The notes under the pieces were generated by a model that saw only the letters and a list, made by a program, of their open reading frames with translations, did not search any database and was not told the origin of the DNA. This document shows positions 1 through 10,020 of a stretch of DNA of 64,000 nt, piece after piece; the first letter of the stretch is position 1, and each line of letters begins with the position of its first letter. A program made the position numbers and the translations under genes. This DNA is from Patescibacteria group bacterium (lineage in GTDB: Bacteria; Patescibacteriota; Patescibacteriia; Patescibacteriales; UBA12465): NCBI GenBank assembly GCA_041651095.1, contig JBAZJV010000002.1, positions 107,621 through 171,620 of the forward strand, given 5' to 3'.

Positions 1-700
1 GCGGATTGCAGGTCAGGTATTCGGCGCAACGGTTGTTATCAGGCGAACAGGTACCGCCCGCCGTATCGGCGTTGCAGGGGTCGCCCAGCTTGCCTTTGGG
101 CTTGCAGCCGCAATCATTATGGTCGCAATATTTGCCGGCCGCGCAAATCTGGTCAGTCGCCTGGCAGCCGGCATTCTGGCTGGCATCGCAACTGGTCGGA
201 CCGCCGCCGTTATTATCGCCGCAATCCGAACCGACGCAGGCGCCGAAGCTGCCGCCGCTGCACAGCATTGATCCGCCGCAACCGCAAGCCGCGATCTCGC
301 CTTCGTAGCAGCCATTGCCGCTTGATCCGCTGCCCGTACCGCCTAATTTAGTCAGAATGAAAGTCGCTATTCCCCAGGAGGCCAGAATGATTACCAAACC
401 GATGATCGCGTTTCGCAGTATTTTTTTAGCCGTCTCCACCTTTTCTTCGTTGCCGCCAGAACTGAACCATAAGAATCCGGCGTAAGCGATCAGGCCGACC
501 GCGATCACACCCAGAAAGCCCAGGACTATATTGATGATCCGGCCCGCCACCATCCGCGGATCGGCCGCGCTCAGCGAACCGGCCAGGCCGTTATTCACCT
601 CGCCGACGCCAAAGCCCTGAGCCAAGACGACGGTCGCCGCGAACAGGCCGACAAACAAGAGCAGGCAGGATAATAAATGTTGAAAAAATTTTTTAGACAC
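1..700 (-). CDS. Surface/secreted protein with an N-terminal TrbC/VirB2-like (T4SS-pilin-like) two-helix membrane domain and a Cys-rich C-terminal region. The 3' end runs off the window.
   Basis: My own minus-strand translation from GTG at 700 gives VSKKFFQHLLSCLLLLFVGLFAATVVLAQGFGVGEVNNGLAGSL...GFLGVIAVGLIAYAGFLWFSSGGNEEKVETAKKILRNAIIGLVIILASWGIATFILTKLGG, then CYEGEIAACGCGG...CKPKGKLGDPC. There is no stop before position 1, so the ORF track omits it. The first ~125 aa are clearly paralogous to the 733..3438 product. Confidence 0.6.
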   Translation of the reverse strand, partial: MSKKFFQHLLSCLLLFVGLFAATVVLAQGFGVGEVNNGLAGSLSAADPRMVAGRIINIVLGFLGVIAVGLIAYAGFLWFSSGGNEEKVETAKKILRNAIIGLVIILASWGIATFILTKLGGTGSGSSGNGCYEGEIAACGCGGSMLCSGGSFGACVGSDCGDNNGGGPTSCDASQNAGCQATDQICAAGKYCDHNDCGCKPKGKLGDPCNADTAGGTCSPDNNRCAEYLTCNP

Positions 701-732
701 AGTTTTAAAATTTGGCAATATTTAAGACTGGC

Positions 733-3438
733 TTATTGGCAATTTCCGTCCGCGCTCAGGACGGCAGTCGCGGCGCCGAGGCAGCAGGACGGCTGGTCGG
801 GAGTAGCCAGACAACCCGGGCCGCTGCTGGGCTTGAAACAGTTCTGATAGATATCCTTGACGCCGGAACCGACCTGCGCCCGGAAAGTCACGGATTGCGC
901 AAAAGGCGAGTGCCAAATCTTGGCAATCGTCAGGTCCGGTTCACCATTCAAGGGCGGCATATCAATATTATCCGAGAGGATCCAGTACCCCAGCGGCGCG
1001 GCGGCCGTACTGCGCAAATTGATCAGCTTATGTTCGGCGGTCGAGGTGCCGACTTTGATCGGGACGCTGCCGGTGCGTAAAGTGCTATTTAACATCAAGG
1101 TATTGAAATCAATTTCCACCGGGTCGGTCAGGCTGATGCTGCCGGTACCCTGGATCGGCTTAACGGCGGTAATTTGCGGCGGATTAATCATAATCTGATC
1201 GTTGATATAGAACGACCATTTATATTTATCCTGCTGGCCGACATTGGCGGGAGAGCTGGCGCTGTAATTATCATTATAAAAACTGAGCGGGCCGTCGGAA
1301 AAAGCGCTGCGGTTGCCATCCAGCGAATTGGCGGCGGCATCGATGATACCGTTAAGATTGCCGACATCGGCGGTCGGATAATTATGGCTGGCGGCATCCT
1401 GACAAGTCTTATAGCCGAGCGGCGTTACCGCACAGGTCGTAAAGGGAGTGAAGGCGGCGCAATCGATATCGCTGGCACAGGTCTTCAGGTCGGCGGCCAT
1501 CAGCTCGACGGCCAAGTGGCTATTGGCTGGCAGGCAATAGATTTTTTCGCCGCAGCCGTTCAGGCCGCATTCCCGATCAGAGAGGAACTCCACGGTTCGG
1601 TAACCGTTGCTAACCAGGAATTTGCCGCCCAGATAATTCCCGACGCAAGCGCTATTCTCGCATTTGTAGGAGCGGCAATCCGCATTACTATGGCAAACCG
1701 TACCGGCCGGACTGCTGGAGGCGTTAGCGTTAACGACCCGGATATACTTATCGACTTCACTGGCCGAACCGGAAACCGTCAGCGGATTGACGGCCTTGTT
1801 AAAATTGATCTGGATCGCCGAATTCATGGGTCGGTCCTTCTTGTCCTTGGCTTGGGTCAATTCTTGCTTGTCGGCGCCGCCGGTGAGCGGCGTGATGGCT
1901 AAGGCCGCAGGCGCGCTGGTTAAAACCGCGATATTATTGCCGCTCTGGCCGGCCACCTTGGCGGTCAAGCTGACGATGTTAGCGGTCCGGTCGACATTAA
2001 TGTTGGCGTCGCCGCTCAATTTAGCTTGGATGTTCAAGGCTTGGGCATTTTTATCGCAAACGGCCGGAACCTTGATCTGATTATTGGCGCTAACAGCGGC
2101 AAAGGTGTAGACTTGATCGTTGATCGTCAGCGTGTCAGCCGCCTGTTCCGGGCTGATATCGATCTCCCAGGCATTGCCCTCCAGATGAGCGGAACTGGTG
2201 AAAGTCAGAAAATTTTTGAATACTGCCTGACCGGAATCGTTAAAATCAGCGACGCCCAATAAATTGCCATTGCCGTCGAACAGCTGAGCTTTATTCGGCC
2301 CGCCAGCCGGCACGGCAATCTTGAATACGGACAAAGGGCCGTGATAGTCGAGAGCGACCTGAGCGTTCGCCGGACTGGCGCCAATCGGTTTGATTGCCTT
2401 AACTTCGGCCGGAGCATAAATTTTCGGACAAGCGGCGACGTTAATAACGCCGCTGGCGGCTTTGGCCGGGGTCGTAACCTGAAACAGGTCGGCCTCGTTA
2501 TCAGGCAAGGGGAAGATGCCGCCGAGAGCGACCAAAGGCGGCGTCAGATCAAGATTGCTGCTAACAGTGAAACTCCATTCCGCGAAATCCGCGCCACAGC
2601 CTTTGAACATCGAAGTGCCGTCCAATTTCTTGACCTGGTTGCTTAGTTTCACCGAATACTGCGTATTTCCGTCGGACGACCCAAGAAAGTTGGCCGGAGT
2701 GAGAATGATGGTTTTGCCTTCATTGGCCAGGGTCAGATTGATCTCGGTCACGTTGCCGTTTGGAGAAGGACAGCTGGCACCGGCACAAGCATCGCCTAAA
2801 TCAGTCTTATAGACGCGGATTGCCGTCGGATTGATCTGGCGACAAGTAGCATTATCGCAGGTGCAGGCTTCGCCGACGCTATTATGGCAAAGATTTTCCG
2901 GATTAACCGTTTCTTTAAAGGTCGCCATGACAGCCGTATTGCGCGGAACGTCGGACTGACTATTGGCGGGGTACGTGCTTTCCATGGTGCAGGCGCCGAT
3001 CGCGCCGACGCCCGGACTGGAAAAACCGCCGCTGCCGCCGTTAAAGGAGTTGGGGCCGGCGGTTCCCCCGGTAGCATCTATCAACCGCGTAATCACGAAA
3101 GTGGCGATACCCCAAGCCGATAAAATGATGATTAAGCCGATGACCGCATTTCTCAACATCGCCTTGGCGCGGGTGATCTTTTCCTCGTCGCCGGCGGAAG
3201 TCGCCCAAAGAAAACCGGCCGTCATAATCAGGACGACCGCAATCACGCCCAAAAAACCGAGGGCAATCTGGATTACCCGGCCGGCCATGACCCGGGGATC
3301 GGTGGCAGCCAAAGAACCGCCCAAGCCGTTGTTGACCATGCCGAGGCCGAAGTCAATTTGAGCCGAAGCGAAATTGGCGGCTAAGATCACTCCTAAAAAA
3401 GCCAGAATCGGGATAATTATTTGGTTCTTTCTAGTCAT
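733..3438 (-). CDS. Large (901 aa) surface protein. It has a signal peptide, a TrbC/VirB2-like pilin hairpin domain, and a long Cys-rich ectodomain with repeated Ig-like (SbsA/Big-type) segments.
   Basis: The N-terminus is MTRKNQIIIPILAFLGVILAANFASAQ, followed by GFLGVIAVVLIMTAGFLWATSAGDEEKITRAKAMLRNAVIGLIIILSAWGIATFV (two TM helices around a short loop, as in VirB2/TrbC pilins). About 770 aa follow, with many Cys pairs and recurring segments such as INFNKAVNPLTVSG and PVEIDFNTLMLNSTL. It is a long uninterrupted ORF. Confidence 0.75.
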   Translation of the reverse strand: MTRKNQIIIPILAFLGVILAANFASAQIDFGLGMVNNGLGGSLAATDPRVMAGRVIQIALGFLGVIAVVLIMTAGFLWATSAGDEEKITRAKAMLRNAVIGLIIILSAWGIATFVITRLIDATGGTAGPNSFNGGSGGFSSPGVGAIGACTMESTYPANSQSDVPRNTAVMATFKETVNPENLCHNSVGEACTCDNATCRQINPTAIRVYKTDLGDACAGASCPSPNGNVTEINLTLANEGKTIILTPANFLGSSDGNTQYSVKLSNQVKKLDGTSMFKGCGADFAEWSFTVSSNLDLTPPLVALGGIFPLPDNEADLFQVTTPAKAASGVINVAACPKIYAPAEVKAIKPIGASPANAQVALDYHGPLSVFKIAVPAGGPNKAQLFDGNGNLLGVADFNDSGQAVFKNFLTFTSSAHLEGNAWEIDISPEQAADTLTINDQVYTFAAVSANNQIKVPAVCDKNAQALNIQAKLSGDANINVDRTANIVSLTAKVAGQSGNNIAVLTSAPAALAITPLTGGADKQELTQAKDKKDRPMNSAIQINFNKAVNPLTVSGSASEVDKYIRVVNANASSSPAGTVCHSNADCRSYKCENSACVGNYLGGKFLVSNGYRTVEFLSDRECGLNGCGEKIYCLPANSHLAVELMAADLKTCASDIDCAAFTPFTTCAVTPLGYKTCQDAASHNYPTADVGNLNGIIDAAANSLDGNRSAFSDGPLSFYNDNYSASSPANVGQQDKYKWSFYINDQIMINPPQITAVKPIQGTGSISLTDPVEIDFNTLMLNSTLRTGSVPIKVGTSTAEHKLINLRSTAAAPLGYWILSDNIDMPPLNGEPDLTIAKIWHSPFAQSVTFRAQVGSGVKDIYQNCFKPSSGPGCLATPDQPSCCLGAATAVLSADGNCQ

Positions 3439-3533
3439 GAAAGTAAGCGCGCGAAATTTTTAAATCCGACTTATTATGCTATAATTATTATGCTTTTATT
3501 ATATCATAAAAGCCAAAAAAAGAACAAAGGGAT

Positions 3534-4997
3534 ATGACGATAGAACGGGTTATCAAAAAATTCCAGGATAATCATCCGGGGGCTGACACTACCGTGCTCC
3601 AGCTGGCCTTTGAATTCGCTGCCGCCGCGCACGGCAACCAATGCCGCAAGAACGGCGAGCCCTATATTCAACACCCGCTCCACACCGCCTATACTTTGGC
3701 GGAAATCAAGGCGGACGCGGCCACGGTAGCCGGCGGCCTCCTGCACGATGTGCCGGAAGATACGGAGCGGACTCTGGAGGAAATCCGCAGCTTGTTCGGG
3801 CTGGAAATCGCCATGCTGGTCGAAGGCGTCACCAAGCTCGGCAAAATCAAATACCGGGGCATCGAACGGTACCGGGAAAACCTGAAAAAAATGTTCCTGG
3901 CTATGGCGGCCGATCTGCGCGTCATTTTCATCAAATTCTGCGACCGCCTGAATAACCTGCGGACCCTGGAAAACCTGCCGCCAGAAAAACAGCAGCGGAT
4001 CGCCCGGGAAACCCTGGAAATCTACGCGCCGATAGCTGGCCTCCTGGGTATCGCCCGCCTGAAATGGCAAATGGAAGACATTTGTTTTAAGATTCTTTAT
4101 CCCGAGGAGTATCAGGAGCTGGAATATAAATATGAAGTGGAAAAAAAAGTGGAACGCAACCAGTTTTTTCAAAAAATAAAAACGATCCTGACGCCTAAAC
4201 TGGCGGAGGCCGGCATCCAATGCACCATCGAGGTCCGTTTCAAGCATCTCTATAGCATCTACCTGAAGATGCAGAGAAAAGACCGGAAATTCGACGAAAT
4301 ATACGATGTCTTCGCCCTGCGCCTGATCGTCCCGACCGTCGATGACTGTTATAAATCGCTCGGCGTCATCCACACCCTCTGGAAGCCGAAGCCCAACCGC
4401 TTCAAGGATTATATCGCCGTGCCGAAACCGAACGGCTACCGCTCTTTGCATACGACGATTTTCGGGCCGGAAGGCAAAACTACGGAATTCCAGATCCGGA
4501 CGCAGGAAATGCACGAAGAAAGCATCTATGGTCTGGCCGCCCATTGGTATTATAAAATGCGGCAGGGCGCTTCTTATCAGACGCCGGCCTGGCTGAAAGA
4601 AATCATCGATATTCAGAAGGAGATCACCAATACCAGCGAATTCGTGAAAAAGATCAAGCTGGATATTTTCCGCGACCGGATTTTCGTCTTCTCGCCCAAG
4701 GGCGATGTCTTCGAGCTGCCGGAAGCAGCCACCCCGATAGATTTCGCCTACGCCGTGCATACCAACATCGGCAACCATGCTGCCGGCGTCATCATCAATG
4801 ATAAGCTGGGTCGCTTGGACCAGGAGCTTAAAAACGGAGATTTCGTCGAAATCATCACGGAAAAGAAACGGCCCTATCCGAACCGGGACTGGTTAAAATT
4901 CGTGCGTACCAAGCGGGCGCGCGACCGGATCAAGCAATTTGCCAAAAAATCCAAACTGGAAACGATCAAACGCTTCATCCCCGGCATTAATCGTTGA
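3534..4997 (+). CDS. rel: Bifunctional (p)ppGpp synthetase/hydrolase of the RelA/SpoT family. It has HD, synthetase and TGS domains but no ACT domain.
   Basis: HD motifs are HGNQCRKNGEPYIQHPL and LLHDVPEDT. The synthetase core is RFKDYIAVPKPNGYRSLHTTI...EFQIRTQEMH. The TGS-like segment is IFVFSPKGDVFELPEAATPIDFAYAVHTNIG. Confidence 0.9.
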   Translation: MTIERVIKKFQDNHPGADTTVLQLAFEFAAAAHGNQCRKNGEPYIQHPLHTAYTLAEIKADAATVAGGLLHDVPEDTERTLEEIRSLFGLEIAMLVEGVTKLGKIKYRGIERYRENLKKMFLAMAADLRVIFIKFCDRLNNLRTLENLPPEKQQRIARETLEIYAPIAGLLGIARLKWQMEDICFKILYPEEYQELEYKYEVEKKVERNQFFQKIKTILTPKLAEAGIQCTIEVRFKHLYSIYLKMQRKDRKFDEIYDVFALRLIVPTVDDCYKSLGVIHTLWKPKPNRFKDYIAVPKPNGYRSLHTTIFGPEGKTTEFQIRTQEMHEESIYGLAAHWYYKMRQGASYQTPAWLKEIIDIQKEITNTSEFVKKIKLDIFRDRIFVFSPKGDVFELPEAATPIDFAYAVHTNIGNHAAGVIINDKLGRLDQELKNGDFVEIITEKKRPYPNRDWLKFVRTKRARDRIKQFAKKSKLETIKRFIPGINR

Positions 4998-5027
4998 CCG
5001 TCCGACGCCGAAGCCGTTGCTCATAAC

Positions 5028-5056
5028 AAAATCGCTCCCTAATGGGAGCGATTTTT
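5028..5056. terminator. Bidirectional intrinsic terminator between the convergent genes rel and rpsU.
   Basis: The hairpin is aaaatcgctccc-taat-gggagcgatttt, with A and T runs on both sides. Confidence 0.7.
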
Positions 5057-5078
5057 AATTGGACAAACCAATTACCGA

Positions 5079-5312
5079 CTAAGGCCGCAGATTGCTTTCC
5101 GGCAATTTGCCGATCCGGCGTAAATATTCGTTCTTCTTATGCAGCTTTAACCCGATCAGGGCATGCTTCTTCTGCAATTGCTTGGTCAATTTCGGAGCCA
5201 AGTGCTGCTTAGAGCGCGCTTTCTCCAAACGCTTGCTGTTCTTCAAGCCCTTTTTGAACTTGCGCAGGAAACTCTCAAAGCTTTCTCCGGGTTTTCTCTT
5301 AAAATCCGCCAT
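5079..5312 (-). CDS. rpsU: 30S ribosomal protein S21.
   Basis: The product MADFKRKPGESFESFLRKFKKGLKNSKRLEKARSKQH is basic and has the S21-like ESFE..LRKFKK motif. I chose the ATG at 5312 because AAGGAAGGTGG lies 5 nt upstream. Confidence 0.8.
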   Translation of the reverse strand: MADFKRKPGESFESFLRKFKKGLKNSKRLEKARSKQHLAPKLTKQLQKKHALIGLKLHKKNEYLRRIGKLPESNLRP

Positions 5313-6681
5313 ATAGTCCACCTTCCTTTCTATTAATAACTTTTTTTTCGACTAATTTATCTTTTTTCAAGAGGCGATCCTTGATTTTCTTGAAGACAAC
5401 GGTTTCCTGGGCGCCGGAGTCCATGTCGCGCATCAGGATCGTTTCGTCCATGATTTCCTTTTTCCCCAGGATCAGACAGGTCTTGGCCCGCATATTAGCC
5501 GCCTCTTCCAATTGCAGTTTTAGACTGTCGGAAGCGAAGGATTGGCGGACCTTGAAGCCGGCGCGGCGCAACTCTTCGAATAATTGCAGGGATTTCAGTT
5601 TCGCCTGATCGCCCAGTTGAGCAATAAAGACTATATCTTCTTCCGGCTTATTAAGCAAGAGGGCCTTGTCCCTGACTCTGGCTAAGGTGCGTTCCAGGCC
5701 GATGGCCAGGCCGATGGCCGCTGTCGGCTGGCCGCCCAGGCTTTCGATGAGCGAATCATAGCGGCCGCCGCCGGCCAGGGCGACTTTAGACATCAGCGAA
5801 GCGTCTTCGTTCAGCGGCCAGAATTCAAAAACCGTATCATTATAATAATTCAAGCCGCGGACCAGATAAGGATTAAAATTATAAGTAATGCCCAACTCAT
5901 CTAGGAACTCCAAAGTCTTGGCAAAGTGCTCCCGGCTTTCCGGCGACAGATAGTCGGCGATCTGCGGCGCCTCCTCGGCCAGCTTCAGGCAAGCCTCCTC
6001 CTTGCAATCCAGGAGGCTGAGGCAATTTTTGCCGATATTATTGCGGCAGTAATGGCACAATTTAGAACGCCGTCCCCGCTCCTTATAAAAGGCGGATAAT
6101 TTGGCGCAATATTCCCGCCGGCATTCCGCCGAACCGATGCTGTTGATCTGAACCTGGGTCTTGATGCCGAGTTCGCTGAAAAAATTATGAACTGCGGCAA
6201 TAAGCAGGGCTTCGGATAAGGGCTTATGGTCGCCGATGATCTCAAAATCAGCTTGGGCCGACTCGCGGTAATGGCCGGTTTGCAGTTTTTCGTGGCGGAA
6301 AATCGAACCCCAGGCAAAGAGGCGGACGGGCTGGCCGCTTTCCCCGAGATTATTCTCCAGATAAGCCCGCAGGATTCCCTGGGTCAATTCCGGCCGCAAG
6401 GTTACCCGGTCGTTCTTTTCTCCTTCCACGAAATAGAATTCCTTGCCGGTGCTGTGCCTGGTCGATTTCTTATACAGGTCATAGGTTTCCAGGATCGGCG
6501 TCTTGATGGTCGTGAAATTATAAAGCTGGGCGTATTCGCGCGCCCGGTCCGTCAGGCAGTCGAAGTGACGGCTGTCCGCTCCGACCAGGTCCTTCATCCC
6601 CAACAGGCGGGGCGGGATCTTTTCATTGCGTTTTTCCTGATTCTTCGCCGTTTCCGGGGCGATTTTCTTCCGTCTGGGCAT
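5299..6681 (-). CDS. hisS: Histidine--tRNA ligase.
   Basis: The sequence is class II HisRS-like: PPRLLGMKDLVGADS..., RLFAWGSIFRHEKLQTGHYRESAQADFEIIG, GGGRYDSLIESLGG. I moved the start to the ATG at 6681 because the upstream extension in the ORF track overlaps lepB. Confidence 0.9.
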   Translation of the reverse strand: MPRRKKIAPETAKNQEKRNEKIPPRLLGMKDLVGADSRHFDCLTDRAREYAQLYNFTTIKTPILETYDLYKKSTRHSTGKEFYFVEGEKNDRVTLRPELTQGILRAYLENNLGESGQPVRLFAWGSIFRHEKLQTGHYRESAQADFEIIGDHKPLSEALLIAAVHNFFSELGIKTQVQINSIGSAECRREYCAKLSAFYKERGRRSKLCHYCRNNIGKNCLSLLDCKEEACLKLAEEAPQIADYLSPESREHFAKTLEFLDELGITYNFNPYLVRGLNYYNDTVFEFWPLNEDASLMSKVALAGGGRYDSLIESLGGQPTAAIGLAIGLERTLARVRDKALLLNKPEEDIVFIAQLGDQAKLKSLQLFEELRRAGFKVRQSFASDSLKLQLEEAANMRAKTCLILGKKEIMDETILMRDMDSGAQETVVFKKIKDRLLKKDKLVEKKVINRKEGGLYGGF

Positions 6682-6685
6682 AGAA

Positions 6686-7279
6686 TTAATTATTATACTG
6701 CGGCCAGTAATCTTGATTGAAAAAAGTGATCTCATTAAGCGGCCAGCCGCGGAACAAGACTTTGCCGGTAATGAAGCTGCGATTGACCGGGCCGAAACTG
6801 CGTGAGTCCTTGGAAGCGTTGCGATTGTCGCCGAGCACGAAATATTCGTCCGGACCGAGCGCGACCTTGGCGCCGCTCTGGTCATAGGTCATCAGGTCGG
6901 ACGGCAAATAGCTTTCCGGTAAGGCCAGGCCGTCCGGATAGTCGCCGTTGAAAATTAAGATCTGCCCGTCCTTGATCTGCACTTCTTCGCCCGGCAGGCC
7001 GATGATCCGTTTAATAAAATACTCTTGCGGATCGCGCGGATAGCGGAAGACGATGACTTGGCCGCGGCGCGGCGATTCGAACCGATAGCTGATCTCGTCG
7101 ATGATCAAATATTCATGGTCGTGGAAATTAGGCTCCATGGAAGCGCCTTTGACATAAAAGGGCTGGATCAAAAAATAGCGAACCGGCAAGATGATCGCCA
7201 AAGAGATCGCTACTACTTTCGTAATTTCCCAGACAAATAAAAAAAATTTCTTCATAAATAAAGCAATAATCGTTCTCAC
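6686..7279 (-). CDS. lepB: Signal peptidase I.
   Basis: It has an N-terminal TM segment, the S26 motifs GASMEPNF and VLGDNRNASKDSR, and the FITGKVLFRGWP tail. Confidence 0.9.
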   Translation of the reverse strand: MRTIIALFMKKFFLFVWEITKVVAISLAIILPVRYFLIQPFYVKGASMEPNFHDHEYLIIDEISYRFESPRRGQVIVFRYPRDPQEYFIKRIIGLPGEEVQIKDGQILIFNGDYPDGLALPESYLPSDLMTYDQSGAKVALGPDEYFVLGDNRNASKDSRSFGPVNRSFITGKVLFRGWPLNEITFFNQDYWPQYNN

Positions 7280-7327
7280 TATATCAGAAAATCAGAAAAA
7301 AATCAAATGGCATGATTTAGCTGATAT

Positions 7328-8380
7328 TTAAGAAATAAACATGGCATCGCCATAACTGAAGAAGCGGTATTTCTGCCGGATAGCCAGACGATAGGCCCGA
7401 TCGACGTTGTCCTTGCCGGCGAGAGCGCTGACCAGCATCAATAGAGTGGATTTAGGCAGGTGGAAATTGGTTACCAGGGCATCAACGACCTTGAAGCGGT
7501 AGCCGGGACGGATGAAAATATCGGTCCAAAAAGATTGGCCGGCAGCGCGGCCGTTCCATGATTCCAGGCTACGGCAACTGGTCGTCCCGACCGCTATCAC
7601 CCGCCCGCCGGAGCGCCTGGCCTGCAAAATAGCCTGGGCGGCCTGACGGCTAAGGGAAACAAATTCCCGGTGCATCTGATGGTCGGCCAGATTCTCGGTT
7701 TTTACCGGCGCGAATGTTCCTAAGCCGACATGCAGCGTGACATATGTTATCTTTACGCCTTTGGCCTGGATTTTCTTCAATAAACGCTTGGTAAAATGCA
7801 GCCCGGCGGTCGGCGCGGCCACCGAACCAATCCGGCGGTCATTGGCATAGACCGTCTGGTAACTGGTCCGATCGCCGGTCAATTGGCGGGCGCGCTTGAT
7901 GTAGGGCGGCAAAGGCACCTGCCCGACCCGATTGATGGTCTGCCAAAACCGCCGGCCGCCAAAATTGAATGCCACCTGCCAGGTGCCGTCGCGATTATCC
8001 TGCAAAGCGGTCGCTTGCAGGCCGCCCGCCAGCATGATGCGTCCGCCGGCCCTGACCCGGCCGCCGATGAGCGCTTCCCAGATATTGCGCCGGCCGGACG
8101 CCGGGAGCGGCCGGTGCAAAAATATTTCCACGGCGCCGCCGGTAGTTTCCTTCCGTCCGGCCAGCCGGGCCGGAAAAACTTTGGAATCGTTCAAGACCAA
8201 TAAATCGCCTGGTTTTAAATAATCCGCCAAATCATAAAAATGGCGGTGCGCCGTCTGGCCGGTCCGCTTATCCAGCAATAAAAGCCGCGAGTGGTCCCGC
8301 GGTTTAACCGGTTGCTGAGCGATCAGCTCCGGCGGCAGATGATAAGCAAAGTCCGCTAAACGATAAAGCACAGTTATCAA
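7328..8380 (-). CDS. queA: S-adenosylmethionine:tRNA ribosyltransferase-isomerase.
   Basis: QueA-like segments are [47 protein letters not shown] and [10 protein letters not shown]. Confidence 0.9.
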   Translation of the reverse strand: MITVLYRLADFAYHLPPELIAQQPVKPRDHSRLLLLDKRTGQTAHRHFYDLADYLKPGDLLVLNDSKVFPARLAGRKETTGGAVEIFLHRPLPASGRRNIWEALIGGRVRAGGRIMLAGGLQATALQDNRDGTWQVAFNFGGRRFWQTINRVGQVPLPPYIKRARQLTGDRTSYQTVYANDRRIGSVAAPTAGLHFTKRLLKKIQAKGVKITYVTLHVGLGTFAPVKTENLADHQMHREFVSLSRQAAQAILQARRSGGRVIAVGTTSCRSLESWNGRAAGQSFWTDIFIRPGYRFKVVDALVTNFHLPKSTLLMLVSALAGKDNVDRAYRLAIRQKYRFFSYGDAMFIS

Positions 8381-9399
8381 ATTAATTTCTCCGTCCCCGG
8401 TTCTTTGAGCCCTAGATGCTGGTAGCCGAGAGGGGTAACCAGGCGGCCGCGCGGCGAGCGGTCCAAAAAACCGAGTTGCATCAGATAAGGCTCATAGATA
8501 TTCTCGATGGTGTCGATCTCTTCGCCGGTCGCCGCCGCTAGGGTATTCAAGCCGACCGGGCCGCCTTTGAATTTGTGCACGATAGTTTCCAAAATGCGCC
8601 GATCGACCAGATCCAAGCCTAAACTATCTACTTCCAGCATCTTAAAAGCCGCCAGGCTGTCCGGCAAGGAAACACGGCCGTCGCCCTTGACTTCGCAGTA
8701 ATCGCGGACCCGTTTCAGCAAACGGTTGGCGATGCGCGGCGTCCGGCGGCTGCGGACGGCGATCTCTTTTTTGGCCGCATCGTCCAGATTAACGCCTAAG
8801 ATGCCGGCGCTCCGCCCGATGATCTGTTCCAGATCCGACGGTTCATAAAAATTAAGATGGTGGGTCACGCCGAAACGGTCGCGCAAGGGAGATGAGAGCA
8901 GGCTGGCCAGAGTCGTCGCGCCGATGATCGTGAATTTCGGCAAATCCAGCCGTAAGGTGCGGGCACTCGGCCCCTTGCCCATGATAATATCCAGGGCGTA
9001 GTCTTCCATGGCCGGATACAAGATTTCTTCCACCGTCTTGTTCAGGCGGTGGATCTCGTCGATAAACAGGATATCGCCCGCTTCCAGGTTGGTCAGGATC
9101 GCCGCCAGATCACCGGTTTTTTCAATGGCCGGCCCGGCTGTCACCCGGATGTTGGCTCCGAGCTCATTGGCGATGACATGCGCCAAGGTGGTCTTGCCCA
9201 AACCCGGCGCGCCATACAGCAATATGTGTTCTATCGGTTCGCCTCGTTTCTTGGCGGCCGCGATCGTAATCTCCAGGTTTTGCTTGATCTTGTCTTGGCC
9301 GATATAATCGCGAAAATTTTTCGGACGCAAAGAAAGATCCAGGGCGGCATCGCCTTGGCGTTCAATCGGACTGATTAAGCGGTCTCGGTTGTTCGGCAT
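8377..9399 (-). CDS. ruvB: Holliday junction branch migration helicase RuvB.
   Basis: It has [12 protein letters not shown], Walker [18 protein letters not shown], and the C-terminal winged-helix segment [13 protein letters not shown]. It overlaps queA by 4 nt. Confidence 0.95.
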   Translation of the reverse strand: MPNNRDRLISPIERQGDAALDLSLRPKNFRDYIGQDKIKQNLEITIAAAKKRGEPIEHILLYGAPGLGKTTLAHVIANELGANIRVTAGPAIEKTGDLAAILTNLEAGDILFIDEIHRLNKTVEEILYPAMEDYALDIIMGKGPSARTLRLDLPKFTIIGATTLASLLSSPLRDRFGVTHHLNFYEPSDLEQIIGRSAGILGVNLDDAAKKEIAVRSRRTPRIANRLLKRVRDYCEVKGDGRVSLPDSLAAFKMLEVDSLGLDLVDRRILETIVHKFKGGPVGLNTLAAATGEEIDTIENIYEPYLMQLGFLDRSPRGRLVTPLGYQHLGLKEPGTEKLI

Positions 9400-9417
9400 A
9401 AATTGATTATACTATAT

Positions 9418-9993
9418 TTAGGGGCATTTGTTCAGTTTAGGGATAACGAAACAAATATCATCTCCGCCGGCCCAAATCCCGCCCGGTCCGGCCGAACAGA
9501 TCGAATCGGCGCTAGTACCGGCTCCCCCTTCGCACTCATTTTCGTCTAACAGATAAGGGCTGCCCCAGGGATCGCGCTGTATCTTGTCTGCGCCGATGGC
9601 CACGCCCCCTAAAGCAATCTCCAAATTCGCCAAACTAGTGATCCAGCGGTCATAACAAGAATTATCATTCGGCACGTTGCGCAGATCATTCGAGCCAGGC
9701 GGCCAGACGCCACATGCGCTATCGCAGCGGCTGCAATAAGAGCCGGTCATCTGCCCGAGCGTCAGGCCGGATTCTCCCTGGGCAATCGCTACCGCCCGGA
9801 TAAATTGACTGATGTCCGATCGAACTCGCGCCAGCCTGGCCTGCCCTCGCGACCGGTTCAGAGCCAAGATTGAAATGGCCGACAATAACCCAATAATCGC
9901 GATGACGATCAATAATTCAATCAGGGTAAACGCCCCGGCCTGGCTTAGCGCTTGATAGTTGCCGCTTTTGGACTCAAACATATATCCAAACAA
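9418..9993 (-). CDS. Type IV pilin / pseudopilin-like protein with a prepilin N-terminal cleavage/methylation motif.
   Basis: A class III signal, QAGAFTLIELLIVIAIIGLLSAI (G|FTLIE), is followed by a Cys-rich globular domain. The leader length and start codon are uncertain (M1 or M5). Confidence 0.8.
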   Translation of the reverse strand: MFGYMFESKSGNYQALSQAGAFTLIELLIVIAIIGLLSAISILALNRSRGQARLARVRSDISQFIRAVAIAQGESGLTLGQMTGSYCSRCDSACGVWPPGSNDLRNVPNDNSCYDRWITSLANLEIALGGVAIGADKIQRDPWGSPYLLDENECEGGAGTSADSICSAGPGGIWAGGDDICFVIPKLNKCP

Positions 9994-10020
9994 AGGCGAG
10001 CAGCTGGCTAGAGTATACGG

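Noticed and set aside
3504-4778. A 424-aa ORF antisense to rel, and similar long antisense or alternative-frame ORFs elsewhere (1174..1902, 12034..12423, 16838..17497, 17681..18244, 20620..21180, 29270..29944, 31778..32317, 36318..37019).
   Set aside because: Each lies entirely inside a well-supported conserved gene on the other strand. Their products are low-complexity (R/A/G/P-rich or repetitive) with no motifs. They are typical shadow ORFs of GC-rich coding DNA.
6682-6885. An N-terminal extension of the hisS ORF (528 aa in the track).
   Set aside because: The extension overlaps the 3' end of lepB and has no HisRS similarity. The conserved HisRS sequence begins just after the ATG at 6681.
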